Origin: Callorhinchus milii
Lineage: Eukaryota
NCBI RefSeq assembly: GCF_018977255.1
Contig: NW_024704742.1
Span: 124,870,001-124,934,000, forward strand
DNA: 64,000 nucleotides
Direction of reading: 5' to 3'
Within the stretch, counting starts at the first letter, position 1; every line of letters starts with the position of its first letter. Positions 11,787-22,533 of the stretch are shown here, piece by piece. The notes below the pieces were generated by a model that saw nothing but the letters and a program-made list of their open reading frames with translations, did no database searches and was not told where the DNA came from. Position numbers and translations under genes: made by a program.

Positions 11787-12483
11787 TCTATGCTAATGAA
11801 ATGATAATGTCTATTTGTGTGTCAGCCAAGATTTCAATAATGAATTGATGTAGAGACATGATTTATAGCTCAACTGAACGATCTTGCATTTAGGAGTGTT
11901 ATGGTCATATTGTTTTTCGGGGATCTTCTATCGTCCATGAGTTATGACCTAAAGAAGCTCATCACACATGCGTGGTGGTTTTGTGTTTTGTTCTGCAGTT
12001 GCCCCTGGTGGTCATGCCAACTCCCAGTGGCACTGTGACATTGTGTGTCACAGAGCACGTACGTATGCATACGCGTAGCACGCACTCAGATGAAGCCAAG
12101 CGGTGGGAACAAGATAAAGATGCCTAAGCAAACATCAAGCCTTTCAAGTACAAATAAAAATGCCAGACAAAAGAAAGAAAGCCGATTAAATGAAACTGAA
12201 GAACAAAGAACAACACGGCGGCATGGTCCTGCTGGATCACATAGTAAACCCCTTTGGTTGGCGTAGCTTTGGTAAGATCTTCTATCATTCATGAGCTATG
12301 ACCCTTTGATAGGATCTTCTATCTTTCATGAGCTATGACCCAAACAAGCTCATCACACATGTTTTGCTTAAGGTGTACACACAGTTTTTATGGATGTTAA
12401 ATGGTTTGTGAATGGTATCACTGAAATCTACATTCCATATTAGATCCTTTGGTTGCAAGCGTAACTGTAATCAGTACAGCTAG
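11787..12483 (+). mobile_element. Non-autonomous Helitron-like element
   Basis: Starts TCTATGCTAAT after A (11786), ends CAGCTAG before T (12484), no TSD; imperfect subterminal hairpin; internal ORF remnant MPKQTSSLSSTNKNARQKKESRLNETEEQRTTR. Confidence 0.72.
12120..12218 (+). pseudogene. Remnant of a Helitron Rep/Helicase N-terminus (STPR-like repeat)
   Basis: Basic MPK start followed by R-x-N-E-T-E-E-Q-R-x-x-R, resembling STPR repeats (ETxEQRxxRL) found at the N-terminus of some animal Helitron proteins; recognised from memory. Confidence 0.55.
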
Positions 12484-12494
12484 TATTATTATAT

Positions 12495-12660
12495 AAGGAT
12501 AAGATCAGGTTTGGCCCCTTGATGGTTGACTGCTCTGCTGATACTCACTGCCTCGGCTCACACCTCATGAGAAGTCATTTGGGTATGATACTCCAGAGTG
12601 CAGCCTGTGGAACCATACCCCAGCCTGAGTCTCTGCCTGCAGTAGAGGGGAGGGAGAGAG
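12495..12660 (+). mobile_element. Ancient SINE 3' fragment (resembles AmnSINE2/LmeSINE-class; name uncertain)
   Basis: ACTCACTG...GGCTCACAC...GTGGAACCATACCCCAGCCTGAGTC...GAGGGGAG matches a remembered ancient vertebrate SINE consensus. Confidence 0.45.
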
Positions 12661-13555
12661 AATTATAGGGGAACAACAAAAAGTGACCAAATCAATTAAA
12701 CTTACAATTTTTAAAATGTTATTGTACACTCAGCCTGTCATATAAAAGGAATAGAGGACAGGACGACAATGCAAAACAAGATTCATTACATTCATATGAT
12801 ACATTGTCGTAGCTGCTTTGCCTTATGGAGTCACTCCTGGACTAAGCTGGGAGCCATTTGTTGCCTTCACACACACAGCACAACACAAAGAGAAGATCCA
12901 CGGTTTGGAACTATAGGTAATTAAAGACTTCACTGTTTGACTAGACGTGAGGTTTTCAAAGCTTCAATTTTATGTAACATTGTTTTGTAAATAGCATTTA
13001 CTCAGAAAGTCCATTTTAAATGCTAAACTAAAATGCTATAAAACATTTTATGTGTATAACTTATATGTATATTACTAGGAAAAAATCACAAGGTTACTCA
13101 CTGAGCTATTTTTGCAGTAATTGGATTTATCGAATAAAGTGTTAGTTTGTTGGCAGTGGGCAGTGGTAAAGTGCAGTTTTCCGCTTGAATAAGCAGCCCT
13201 TTCATCCTTACAAGTGACAAAATAAAAATCTGCTGAAGAGTGAACATGCTGCTTCAACTGTGCCATCTCAGCCCCATGGGTCACTTTATTATAAAAATGT
13301 AAAAATTCAGTCAATTTTATTTAATCAGCTGAAAAGGAAAAGTGTTTCCAGGTCATTAATCAAGTCTTACTCCTCAGTGGGACTTGTCTGTGGAGGATTT
13401 GTCATCTGAATCATTAATAGAGATATAAATATGCTCATTCAAAACACACCAACAAGTGGAAGTGGCTCTTGCGTACCTGATGCACAAAGCACACAGTTTT
13501 TCTGCTTTGGCACCTGGATTTCATATTTGCTCACACTAACTGCAATCTGCCACAT

Positions 13556-13705
13556 CATAGATTCATAGAATTATACAGCACTGAAGTAGGCCAGTCGGCC
13601 CACCGTGTCTGTGCCGGTTCTTTGAAAAGAGCTACCCAAATCAATCCCACTCCACCGTGCTCTCCCCATAGCCCTGCAAACTTGTCCTCCCCAAATAATT
13701 ATCTA
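13556..13705 (-). mobile_element. CR1 3' UTR fragment
   Basis: Closely matches 38912-39062. Confidence 0.85.
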
Positions 13706-14464
13706 GGTTCATAGGTATCACTGACTCACATGTACTGCTTCTAGTCTGTTCCACCTGCTTGTTACCTTTTCACTGCACTAAAAACATGGTCACCGGCACT
13801 TTCTGTTCTTTTCTATCTGCACCAAAATGTAAGCTTTCTTGGTTTGAATTTGCATTATTCCTGGTGAAGCAGGATAGAATGCATGATTTGGGATGTATCA
13901 CCATGTTGTGCTTTCGGCTATTCGGCAGGACTTGGAAGAGCAGACGAGTCATTGAGGGCAGCGAATCATCCCACTTAGATCATGTTAACCCTGCAAGCCA
14001 AAACCCTAACTGGTAGAGTGGTCCTAACTGGACAAGCAATGGGAAAGCTTGCCAGACAGTGATATTGTGCCTTGGTTTAATTCATTCCGAACTCACTGTC
14101 TTAAGCCTGGTGTCATTTTCTAAAGTTGCAAATGTACTATAGAGCTGTTTTGTAACAACAACTTGCATTTATATAGTACCCCTCACACAGGATAGCGTGC
14201 CAGAGGGCTTCACATGTGTGTACACGTATGTTAAGCTCACAGAATCTCAGGACATGTCAGAACAAGCATTGACTTTACACCGCATCCCAGGATTGTGTAG
14301 GGCACTGTTTCACCCCCCTGAAATAAGATACTTAATACCTTGATACTTGAAACAAGATACAAGATTCTCTAATACTTGGTAAATTTACCAAGCCTCACAG
14401 GTGGGACACTTTCTTCTATCTTAATGTCACACTCTGCTGAACATAAGGAAACTCAAGGAATCAA

Positions 14465-14845
14465 AGTGCCAGCCTGACTCAGTAGGTAGCATTCTCACAT
14501 CTGAGTCTGAAGATTTTGGGTTCAAATGTCACTTCGGGACTTTGAGCTAACATCCACTGGGTGAGCACTACATTGTCAGAGGTGTTGCAAGCTATTAAAC
14601 TGAGGTCCTGTCTGTCTTTTAAGTTTGACATTAAAGATCCCATGGCAATATTCAAAAAGGGAAGGGAGTTTCTCCTGTCATCCTGTTCATTGATCCTCAG
14701 ACAAAATTGATCATTCACTTCATGGCTGTTTGTGGGACATTGCTGTGTGCCTACAAAATACACAGCCACTACATTTCACAATAAATCCTGTGAAGAGTTT
14801 TGATGTCATGATCAGACCCTATATAAAATTGAAGGATAATATATA
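14465..14845 (+). mobile_element. Old DeuSINE-like SINE
   Basis: tRNA-like head (GACTCAGTAGGTAGCA...GGGTTCAAAT), TTAAAGATCCCATGGCA, GGCTGTTTGTGGGACATTGCTGTG. Confidence 0.8.
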
Positions 14846-14967
14846 TTATATTATACATAATATGTATTGTTATTTATTAAGGTACTAGGTACAGGAAAGA
14901 AGAATTTTGTAGTTTGTTATCATATGATCTCAGCCACCCCTCCCCTTTCCCCCAAATTACTGATAAA

Positions 14968-15283
14968 CAGTGGTGGACTGGTTCCCCAAAAGGGCTCTGG
15001 ATTTTCAGGCAGAATTCATGGGGGGCACTGAGTTGTGTGGGGTGATGATGAGCGAGGAGGAGGGCATAAAACCCCCAGCTTGTTTAAAAACTTTGTCGGG
15101 ATTTTAAACAAGATGTGGGTGAATTGGCTATCATAGTGACACTCGTTAGGAAGGGCCCACTCTAAGCGATGATTTGTTGTTCCGAGCTGTCACTCACCCG
15201 GCTCGGGGGCGTTAAGTATTGGGAGTCAATCAATAGGATACTCGGGAAATAACCTGATTTCCCACACAGCCAGTTCAGGCCTG
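14968..15283. mobile_element. MITE, same family as 5616-5943
   Basis: CAGTGGTGGACTGGTTCCCCAAAAGGGCTC start; ends GCCAGTTCAGGCCTG. Confidence 0.65.
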
Positions 15284-15834
15284 ATAATAGGTATCAGCTT
15301 TGCTTATATGGTAATACTTTTACTGCTGATTCAGATGATTATAGGCTCAAACTCAAGCTCCACATTGGGATTTGAGCTCATAGCTTACCCTGGCAGTAAT
15401 GGGGAAGGATGTATTTTCAGATGTGCCACATTTCGGTTGAAACGTTAAACTGAGACTTAACCACCTGTTCTTTTGATAGATGTTAAATATCACCAACAAA
15501 ATACACAGCAATATATACATTAAATCTTGTGAAGCATTTCTGTGACCTGATATGAAAGACTCTATATCAAATTCAATGTTTTTTTTGAAAAACTCTCCTA
15601 ACACTATTTGAAAAAAGAAGTTTCTCTCGATGTCCTGGGCAACAATCCTTTACTTAAATTGGACATCCCCCTCATGGTTATTTGTTGGACTTTGCTGTGT
15701 GCCAAGTGTTAGCTGTATTTGAGTGCTTTGAATAATCATGATGAGGAAAAGTGTTACAAAAATGTAAGTTCTTTCCCTCTTAGCTTAAGAAATTTTAAAT
15801 AAAAAGCAAAACAAAAAGTTTCTTAGAAGTCAAT

Positions 15835-15870
15835 TTCTGTTAGGAAATAATATTCTGTTAGGAAATAATA
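15835..15870. repeat. 18-bp tandem duplication TTCTGTTAGGAAATAATA x2
   Basis: Read directly; degenerate third copy near 15880-15898. Confidence 0.9.
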
Positions 15871-15919
15871 GAAAGAAGATTTTTGTTGGGAAATAATAGC
15901 TCAGGATACAGTATATAGT

Positions 15920-16006
15920 TTGGGACATGACATGTGCATGCGAAGGCGAACTGGATGGACCTTGGTCTTCTTTTGCCTAGCAAATTCTTATGTTCTTATG
16001 TTCTTA
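15920..16006 (+). mobile_element. CR1-type extreme 3' end with (TTCTTATG)n tail
   Basis: CTGGATGGACCTTGGTCTT...TTCTTATGTTCTTATGTTCTTA. Confidence 0.6.
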
Positions 16007-16973
16007 AGTCTGCGATTCTCTCAGTCACTGACATGCCTGCAGGGTGCTGTACATAGAGTGCAGTCAATTCTGGCAGTGCAGAATGAGATCACTCTGTTTA
16101 TGATTAGTTAAAACCAGTGTCCAGCTCCTTTTATGCCAGGCCTACATAAATCACTGCCCTACAGACTGTCAAATGGCTGCAGGAAATATCTCGAAATGGA
16201 TGGCCACTATTTGGTAGAAATGTGAGACGGCAGAGTTAAAAGCATTTGTGAAAACACTTGTGACCTAATTTAAGGTGCAGAGGACTGAGTAACTGCACTT
16301 TACAGCAATTCAGTCTATTTTACCAAAAGTTAATGTTTGTCTTATGAGACAGAGTTTTACTTTATTTTTCCGCAGACTAATCCAACATTTTTCCACTGGT
16401 GCAATGTTTAAAAGGTGGAATTGTCCCACATTATTTGTTTTTACTTGGAATGAGAAATGCGGTTTAATTCTTTTAACAAATATTGTGTTCAGAAAATGTC
16501 AAAGTGGCATAAAAACATTGGCAGAAGTTTCTCCCAGGGAATTAGGTGCCACAGATACATTATTTGACAGGAGATAAATGACACCTAACTCCATTCTCCT
16601 TACACTTGACCTTTGAAAGGCTTTGGTTGCATTAAATCTACAACAATATTAACATCTATTGTTATTGCATCCACACCCAACTATGGCAGCCTTTAGCAGG
16701 TACCACCAAATCCAGAATGAATAAATGGTGATTTCTTTACAGAGGTGCCAACTTCAACAACAACAACAACTTGCATTTATGTACAATCCTTCACATAGGA
16801 TAACATCTTGGAACGCTTCATAAAGATGGAGTTGGATGCCGCGCAAGGGAGATGGAAGAGGTGGGGAGAGAATAGGTACTGTTGAAGTGGTAGGTTGTTA
16901 GGTGGGATTTAAAAACAGATATCCTTGACAGTAATTTCATAAAACATTTTGAAATTTTACAATGTAATACAGC

Positions 16974-17418
16974 TGTCATCCTGGCTTAGTTGGTAGCACT
17001 ATCACCTCTTGAGTTGGAAGGTTGTGGGTTCAAGCCCCACATCGGGATTTTGAGTTCATTGATTCTGCACAGTTCAAAAGTGGCTGGGAGTGTGCTCTAT
17101 TGTTGGAGTTGCTATCGTTCGGATCAGATTTTAAACCAATGTCAGCCTATTCAAGTGGACATTAAGGATCCCATGTCACTATTCGAAAAGAGAAGTGTGT
17201 TTCTCCCAGTGTCCTGACCAACAATCCCCCAGATAAAATTGGTCATTGGCTTCATGGCTGTTTGTGGGTATTGCTGTGCACAAAACAGCTGCCACATTTG
17301 CCTGCTGATCTGCCACATTTGCCTACTGATACACAGTCTTTACACTTTATAGCAATTCCTGTGAAGGTCTTTGAGACCTCTCGATGACGCTATATTAAAT
17401 GTAGAGATCACTATTATT
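16974..17418 (+). mobile_element. Old DeuSINE-like SINE, near full length, with 21-bp internal duplication
   Basis: Head TGGCTTAGTTGGTAGCA...GGGTTCAAGCCCCAC; AAGGATCCCATGTCACTATTCGAA; CTGCCACATTTGCCT(G/A)CTGAT x2. Confidence 0.85.
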
Positions 17419-17450
17419 CTAATGTGAAAGACCACTATAAAACACAAGTT

Positions 17451-17477
17451 TGTTCTTTCTTTCTTTCTTTCTTTTTT

Positions 17478-17522
<45 letters not shown>

Positions 17523-17572
17523 TGTCTTCTGTCTGTCTTCTTTCTTCTTTCTGTCTGTCTGTCTGTCTGTCT
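17451..17572. repeat. Compound microsatellite (TTTC)n/(TCTG)n
   Basis: Read directly. Confidence 0.95.
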
Positions 17573-17641
17573 TGCTTTTGTTCTTCTATGTGTGTGATGA
17601 GCAAACGTGGCTAATTGCTTCCCAGAAAAGCTATGGTACAG

Positions 17642-17850
17642 AGAACATAGGAACAGAAGTAGGCCATTCAGCCCATTGAGCCTGTTCCACCATTCTATTT
17701 GATCATGGCTGATCTGTACCTCAACTCCAATTACCTGCCTTTGTCCCGTATCCCTTGATACCCTTTACCTAAAAAAAATCTATCCACCTTGAAAATTTGA
17801 ATGGATCCAGCATCCACAGTATTTTTAGAGAGAGTTCCAGATTTCCACTC
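17642..17850 (-). mobile_element. CR1 3' UTR fragment
   Basis: AACATAGGAACAGAAGTAGGCCATTCAGCCC...ATCATGGCTGATCT, similar to 25183-25400. Confidence 0.8.
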
Positions 17851-18664
17851 TCTGTGCCTGACCAGAACATTGATAGAGGGAGGTTGCCTGGGATTGATGA
17901 CTCATTAATGCAAATTATTCAATAAATACATTCAAATAATATAATTTAGAATAATTATTTTATAAAGTACCCTGAGGAGGGATAAGAGTGCATTAAACTT
18001 GCATTAGAAAATAAATAAACAAGGCCAGCCAATCCTTTGAGATTGCAGCAAAATGAGCTGATACCTCAATTCTTTAACATGCCGAACAATTCCATAACAT
18101 TACTGAATTATTATTTAACCCTACTTGACCTTTCAAGAGCCTTCTAAGACTTGTTTGCATATTACAGTAGTGCTTATGGAAGATGTTCTCTGTGATCAGA
18201 ATATCAAACCCCTTGTCAGTACTGTATAGTCCTGCACATAGATCAAGCCAATCAATTCCATTAGAGCAAAGGTTGCACTGTGTTTCACTCAGTTTAAGCT
18301 GCTACACGCCCTTCCAGGTGAAACTTTGCATCATTTATACTGAGCGTTACACTAAGTCTTACCTCCTCAGAATGGCTGAATGTTTGACCATCGGTGGTCT
18401 TCTCATTGTGGACATTTTTCACTGCTCCTGTTAAGCAGGGTGGTCATGGGATGTCCTCATTTTGTGTAACATTTAGTATTACTTCACTAACATTCATGTG
18501 CTGTTTTTGCCATCAAAGGAAAACGAACAAAGATAGTGCCTCATTAAATATGTATTCTATGGCCTGCTTGTTGTCATAGGCATTGTCCAGTGTAGAATTG
18601 CTTCATGGAGTCACGATTGGTCTTAGTATCAATATCCTGTCTGCTCCGAGGTAGCCGATCTCAA

Positions 18665-19097
18665 GCCCGAAATTTCCCACTTAGGCTGGAGACAATTTTC
18701 TCTTAACATTTAAGTGCATACAGAATTGTGGAAAATTATTAAAATCAGCTTTACATTTAGAAGCCAGGTTCCTACAGTTCTTAAAAAGGTTCCAGTTTCC
18801 AAATTAAGGCTGAGTTGAAGATTTTTTTCCTCCTCAATACTGTACAATCTCAAATTTTTCAATGATATGATCTCACAAATTTTAAGATGAATTGGCCTCT
18901 TAAACGAGGTGGATTTTTTGGTGGGTCAGCCGGGAGTGTGACACATGCGGAAACCTATCACTATGTTTAAGAGTTTCCAAAGAAAACTGAGAATTCCATG
19001 CATCCCACCTACACATGGACATTTCAGAGACAGATTGTTGGAATGGAATGCACGCTCTCTACCTGGAGGGAAGCATGCTGTTTACCTAATCCCAGTA
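18665..19097. repeat. Unclassified dispersed repeat (longest copy)
   Basis: Segments align by eye to 24925-25105 (-), 44220-44290 (+), 57060-57178 (-) and 60825-60910 (+); left boundary uncertain. Confidence 0.65.
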
Positions 19098-19116
19098 AGT
19101 ATTAGTAAGTATTAGC

Positions 19117-19205
19117 TGTACAGCTGTACAGCGCCTTGGGACGTCCTCCCGACGTGAAAGGCGCTCTCTAAATGGAATCTTGTTGTTGTTGTTGTTGTTG
19201 TTGTT
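19117..19205 (+). mobile_element. Minimal L2-A insertion (3' stem-loop plus (TTG)n only)
   Basis: AGCGCCTTGGGACGTCCTCCCGACGTGAAAGGCGCT...; TSD GTATTAGC at 19109-19116 and 19206-19213. Confidence 0.88.
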
Positions 19206-21793
19206 GTATTAGCAGGCAGGGCAGAGATAGATTATTGCACACCAGTGACTTATAAACAGAAAATATTGAATTGTGAAGTGTCTGCATAACTTGGTGATGA
19301 CTTCACTGTTCAGGACTGAAGAAATCTCCAGCAGAGAGGTATTATCCACACTGTGCTCACTTGGCAGCCTCTGTGTTATATCTGAAAGGTTTGAAGCATT
19401 TTAGAAAATACAGCAGATTAAAGATCTCTGCAAACGCCTCAATTCTATACAATTCTCTTGTGGTGATCACAGCCATGTTGTGGGCAGTTTTGGAGCTTTA
19501 TACTGATTGACTGCTCTTTTGATGTTTAAATCAGACTCTTCTAGAGATCATTTCACATGCCATTAACATTCAGCATTAACGTTCCCACGTAAAAAATGTT
19601 AATTCGCATAACATCAAAATTATTAAATCTTTCAAATGCACCCGAATTTACTCTTATGTTCCTTCAGTTGAATTTCATGAGAATCTCATGAACATTGGGA
19701 TCTAAGATGTGACGTTCACAAACTGGAAATTCCTGTTCTAATTGTTTAATCCAGCATTTTACTTTCGCCTTTGCTAATCCTCAATTACTGTTTGAAATTA
19801 AGCTAACAAACCCGCTAAAAACGAAAAGGAAAATATTCACGATCCTGAAGGCCAACAAAGGCATCTTGATTGCTAACCTTTTGTCTAACTTTTCATTTGC
19901 CAATGTTCGATCTTCAATGAATTCTTTTAGTGAAGTAATTTCCAAATTCTGGATTTTCTGTCACAATCTGAAACTTGACGTTAGCACAGCGACTTCCAGT
20001 TGGTGAAGTCAATGTACATGAAGACAATGAAGACAATGACCCCAATATAATCCTTAAAACACAACAACAATTTGCATTTATACAGTTTGAATTCAGCTTT
20101 TTTATATGAAATGAGAGTTCAATACAGATTTTTTTTAATTGCTTTGTCAGAACACAATAGGTTTCTGCACAATTCATTTTGGTTTTAAAAAGAAATAAAC
20201 CTTTGTTATTATTCTCTTTGGTCACTCTTAGGAGAACATATTGCATCAGATTTAGAATAAAATAATGTAGGTGAACTTTGTAAGATGGATAATGTAAACT
20301 CTGAGAATATGTTTGACTATGGTCAATAAACAGGAATAGGTTTCTCTGGAGAAGAGGACATGATGGACTCAAATATCAATGAGGAAAAGGTGAAGGAGAT
20401 TATTTAGCTATTTTTTTAAAATAATAATTTTGTGACTGGTCAAATAGATCGCAATGACCTTTACCAGTCCTGAATGTCCTATAATGTGATCATAATAATT
20501 AACTCAAACATACACTGACCCTGACTGGTAGCACAGCAGTGTATTTTGCATGAAGCACAATGCTAAACACAGTATCAATTCAGTTTAGTTCAATGTAAGT
20601 TTGTTTTATCTTCCATGAAAGGAAAAACAATGCATCAGAAAAGAATTACACAGTCAATTCTGGGACCATGGTTATGTATTGCCAGTTGTGCGTTTCATAC
20701 TCTGCATTGCATATTACATTTTGCGATTCGTGTTCTGTGTATAGTTTACTGTTTATTTAATGCATTTCTGGTGCACTTACCAGTTTAAGATGGTGGCCAG
20801 CTGAGGCCAAAGAAGTTAATTGTCATTGGCAGGATCTAAATGAAAGAACTCAAGCAGAAAGTAGTTCACATTATTGGGCCAGCCAACTAAATATATTTTT
20901 TGATGGGTCAGTCATGTATTATTATCATATCTTCCCATTGTGTTCCCAACTTCCCATTAGTGTTCATTTTACCAGATCAGTTCCAATGCTAATGGCTTTG
21001 CTACCTGGAGACATTAATTGGTTGTGACATTAATGACGGTTGTTTTTCCTCTACGCACTTATTCAAGAAAAAATTTAGTCCATTTAACATGGAGATTGAT
21101 AAATCTTATTTAGCCCCTAAGTAATGGTTAAATGAAAGTAAATCCAGTCTCCATGACAATGCATTTTCCTTAATTCTGCCAGTTTTGTCGTTTACAGAAA
21201 AAAAAGCTAATTTGTAACTGTATGTTAGAAGCTAGTTAGATCTGAGGTAACTCTTGGGTACCCATCTATCATTCAATTCTGCTCGCTGATTATGCAAATG
21301 CATAGATAAATATGTGCATGACAAACTACAGTAAATAGCAAGCATGCTGGGAGTATGTCAATCCTTAACCTAAATCAAGGTTCTACCATTGCGAGCAGCA
21401 CTTTGTAGCTAATGAGGGATGTGGCAAACACTTTGTCTGAGAGACCACACTTGCTGAGGGGTGAAACAGGCAGAGCCAGGAGTTTTATTCCATTACAGTT
21501 TAATACTGAGGTACTCACCCACCAGCTCAGCTGGCATCACTTGTCCTGTTGAGCTGCGTGACTCAAAGTAGCCCGAGATATGTGACTTATGTATTGTTGA
21601 GCTTGTTTTATAGAAACAAGCAGTTTTTATGAGTGATGCTGTTTGTGTCAGGGATAGGGATAAGAACTGCCGCATGCCATTTTGCCACTATGAATGTATT
21701 TGCACATAATCCAATACAATGTATAATACAATTTAGATTTATGTAGCATCTTTCACATCAGGAGGCCAACTAAAAGTTCTTTAATAATATAGT

Positions 21794-22042
21794 GGAGTCC
21801 TGTAGCTCAGTGGTAAGAGTACTTCTTTGCAAGCGAGAGACCTGGGTTCGATTCCCAGCAGGGTGAAACCTTGGGCAGGTTTCCTTATTCCACACGCCTG
21901 ATAATAATCCTTCAAAAAAAAACAATAATAAATTGGTCATTTCAATCCATGACTGTTTGTGGGACACTGCTGTGTGCAATTGGCTGCGGCATTTCGTCCA
22001 CAAATATACAGTCAATTCACTTTACAGTCTATTCTGTGAAGC
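21794..22042 (+). mobile_element. Young tRNA-Ala-like SINE lacking its tail
   Basis: Colinear until CTGTGAAGC, then joins a minus-strand DeuSINE-like copy. Confidence 0.9.
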
Positions 22043-22350
22043 AGCTAATTTCCACACAGCGATGTCCCACAAACAGCTATGAATTGGGAGACCAATTTTA
22101 TGTGGTTGATATATTGTCCAGGACACTGGGAAAGACTTCCTTCTCTTTTCAAATAGTGCCATGGGATCTTTAACATCCACCTGAACAGGCAAATGAGACC
22201 TGGGTTTAAAGTCTCAATTGAAGGACAGCATCTCCGGGCAGCATGACTGGAGTGTCAGCTTAGACTGTGTGATTTAGGGTCCTGACATGGTGCTTGAACC
22301 CACAACCTTCTCACTCAGAAGTGAGAGAGCTACCACTGAAGCAAGCTGTC
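22043..22350 (-). mobile_element. Old DeuSINE-like SINE (its tail probably at ~21735-21790)
   Basis: GCCATGGGATCTTTAACATCCACCTGAACAGGCA and head CTTGAACCCACAACCTTCTCACTCAGA. Confidence 0.85.
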
Positions 22351-22533
22351 TGGCTGTCTCGAGCACCCGAGCCAAGGGGAAGGGGTGAGCAATGAAATAA
22401 TTCTGGATGCACTGCACTATCATGTTAAATATCCAACAAACAAATAAGCAAAGACAAACAAAAATAAGGTTAGTGTTTGAAGGGAAACAATATAAAAGGG
22501 TATGGAGAAATAGCAGGGAAAGGGAACACAATA

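Noticed and set aside
11921..12361. CRISPR-like or LTR interpretation of the 50-bp direct repeats
   Set aside because: Only 2.5 copies with irregular spacing, vertebrate context, no cas genes, no TG...CA ends or TSD
19800..20372. ORFs around 19.8-20.4 kb
   Set aside because: No recognisable domain, no convincing splice sites, AT-rich composition
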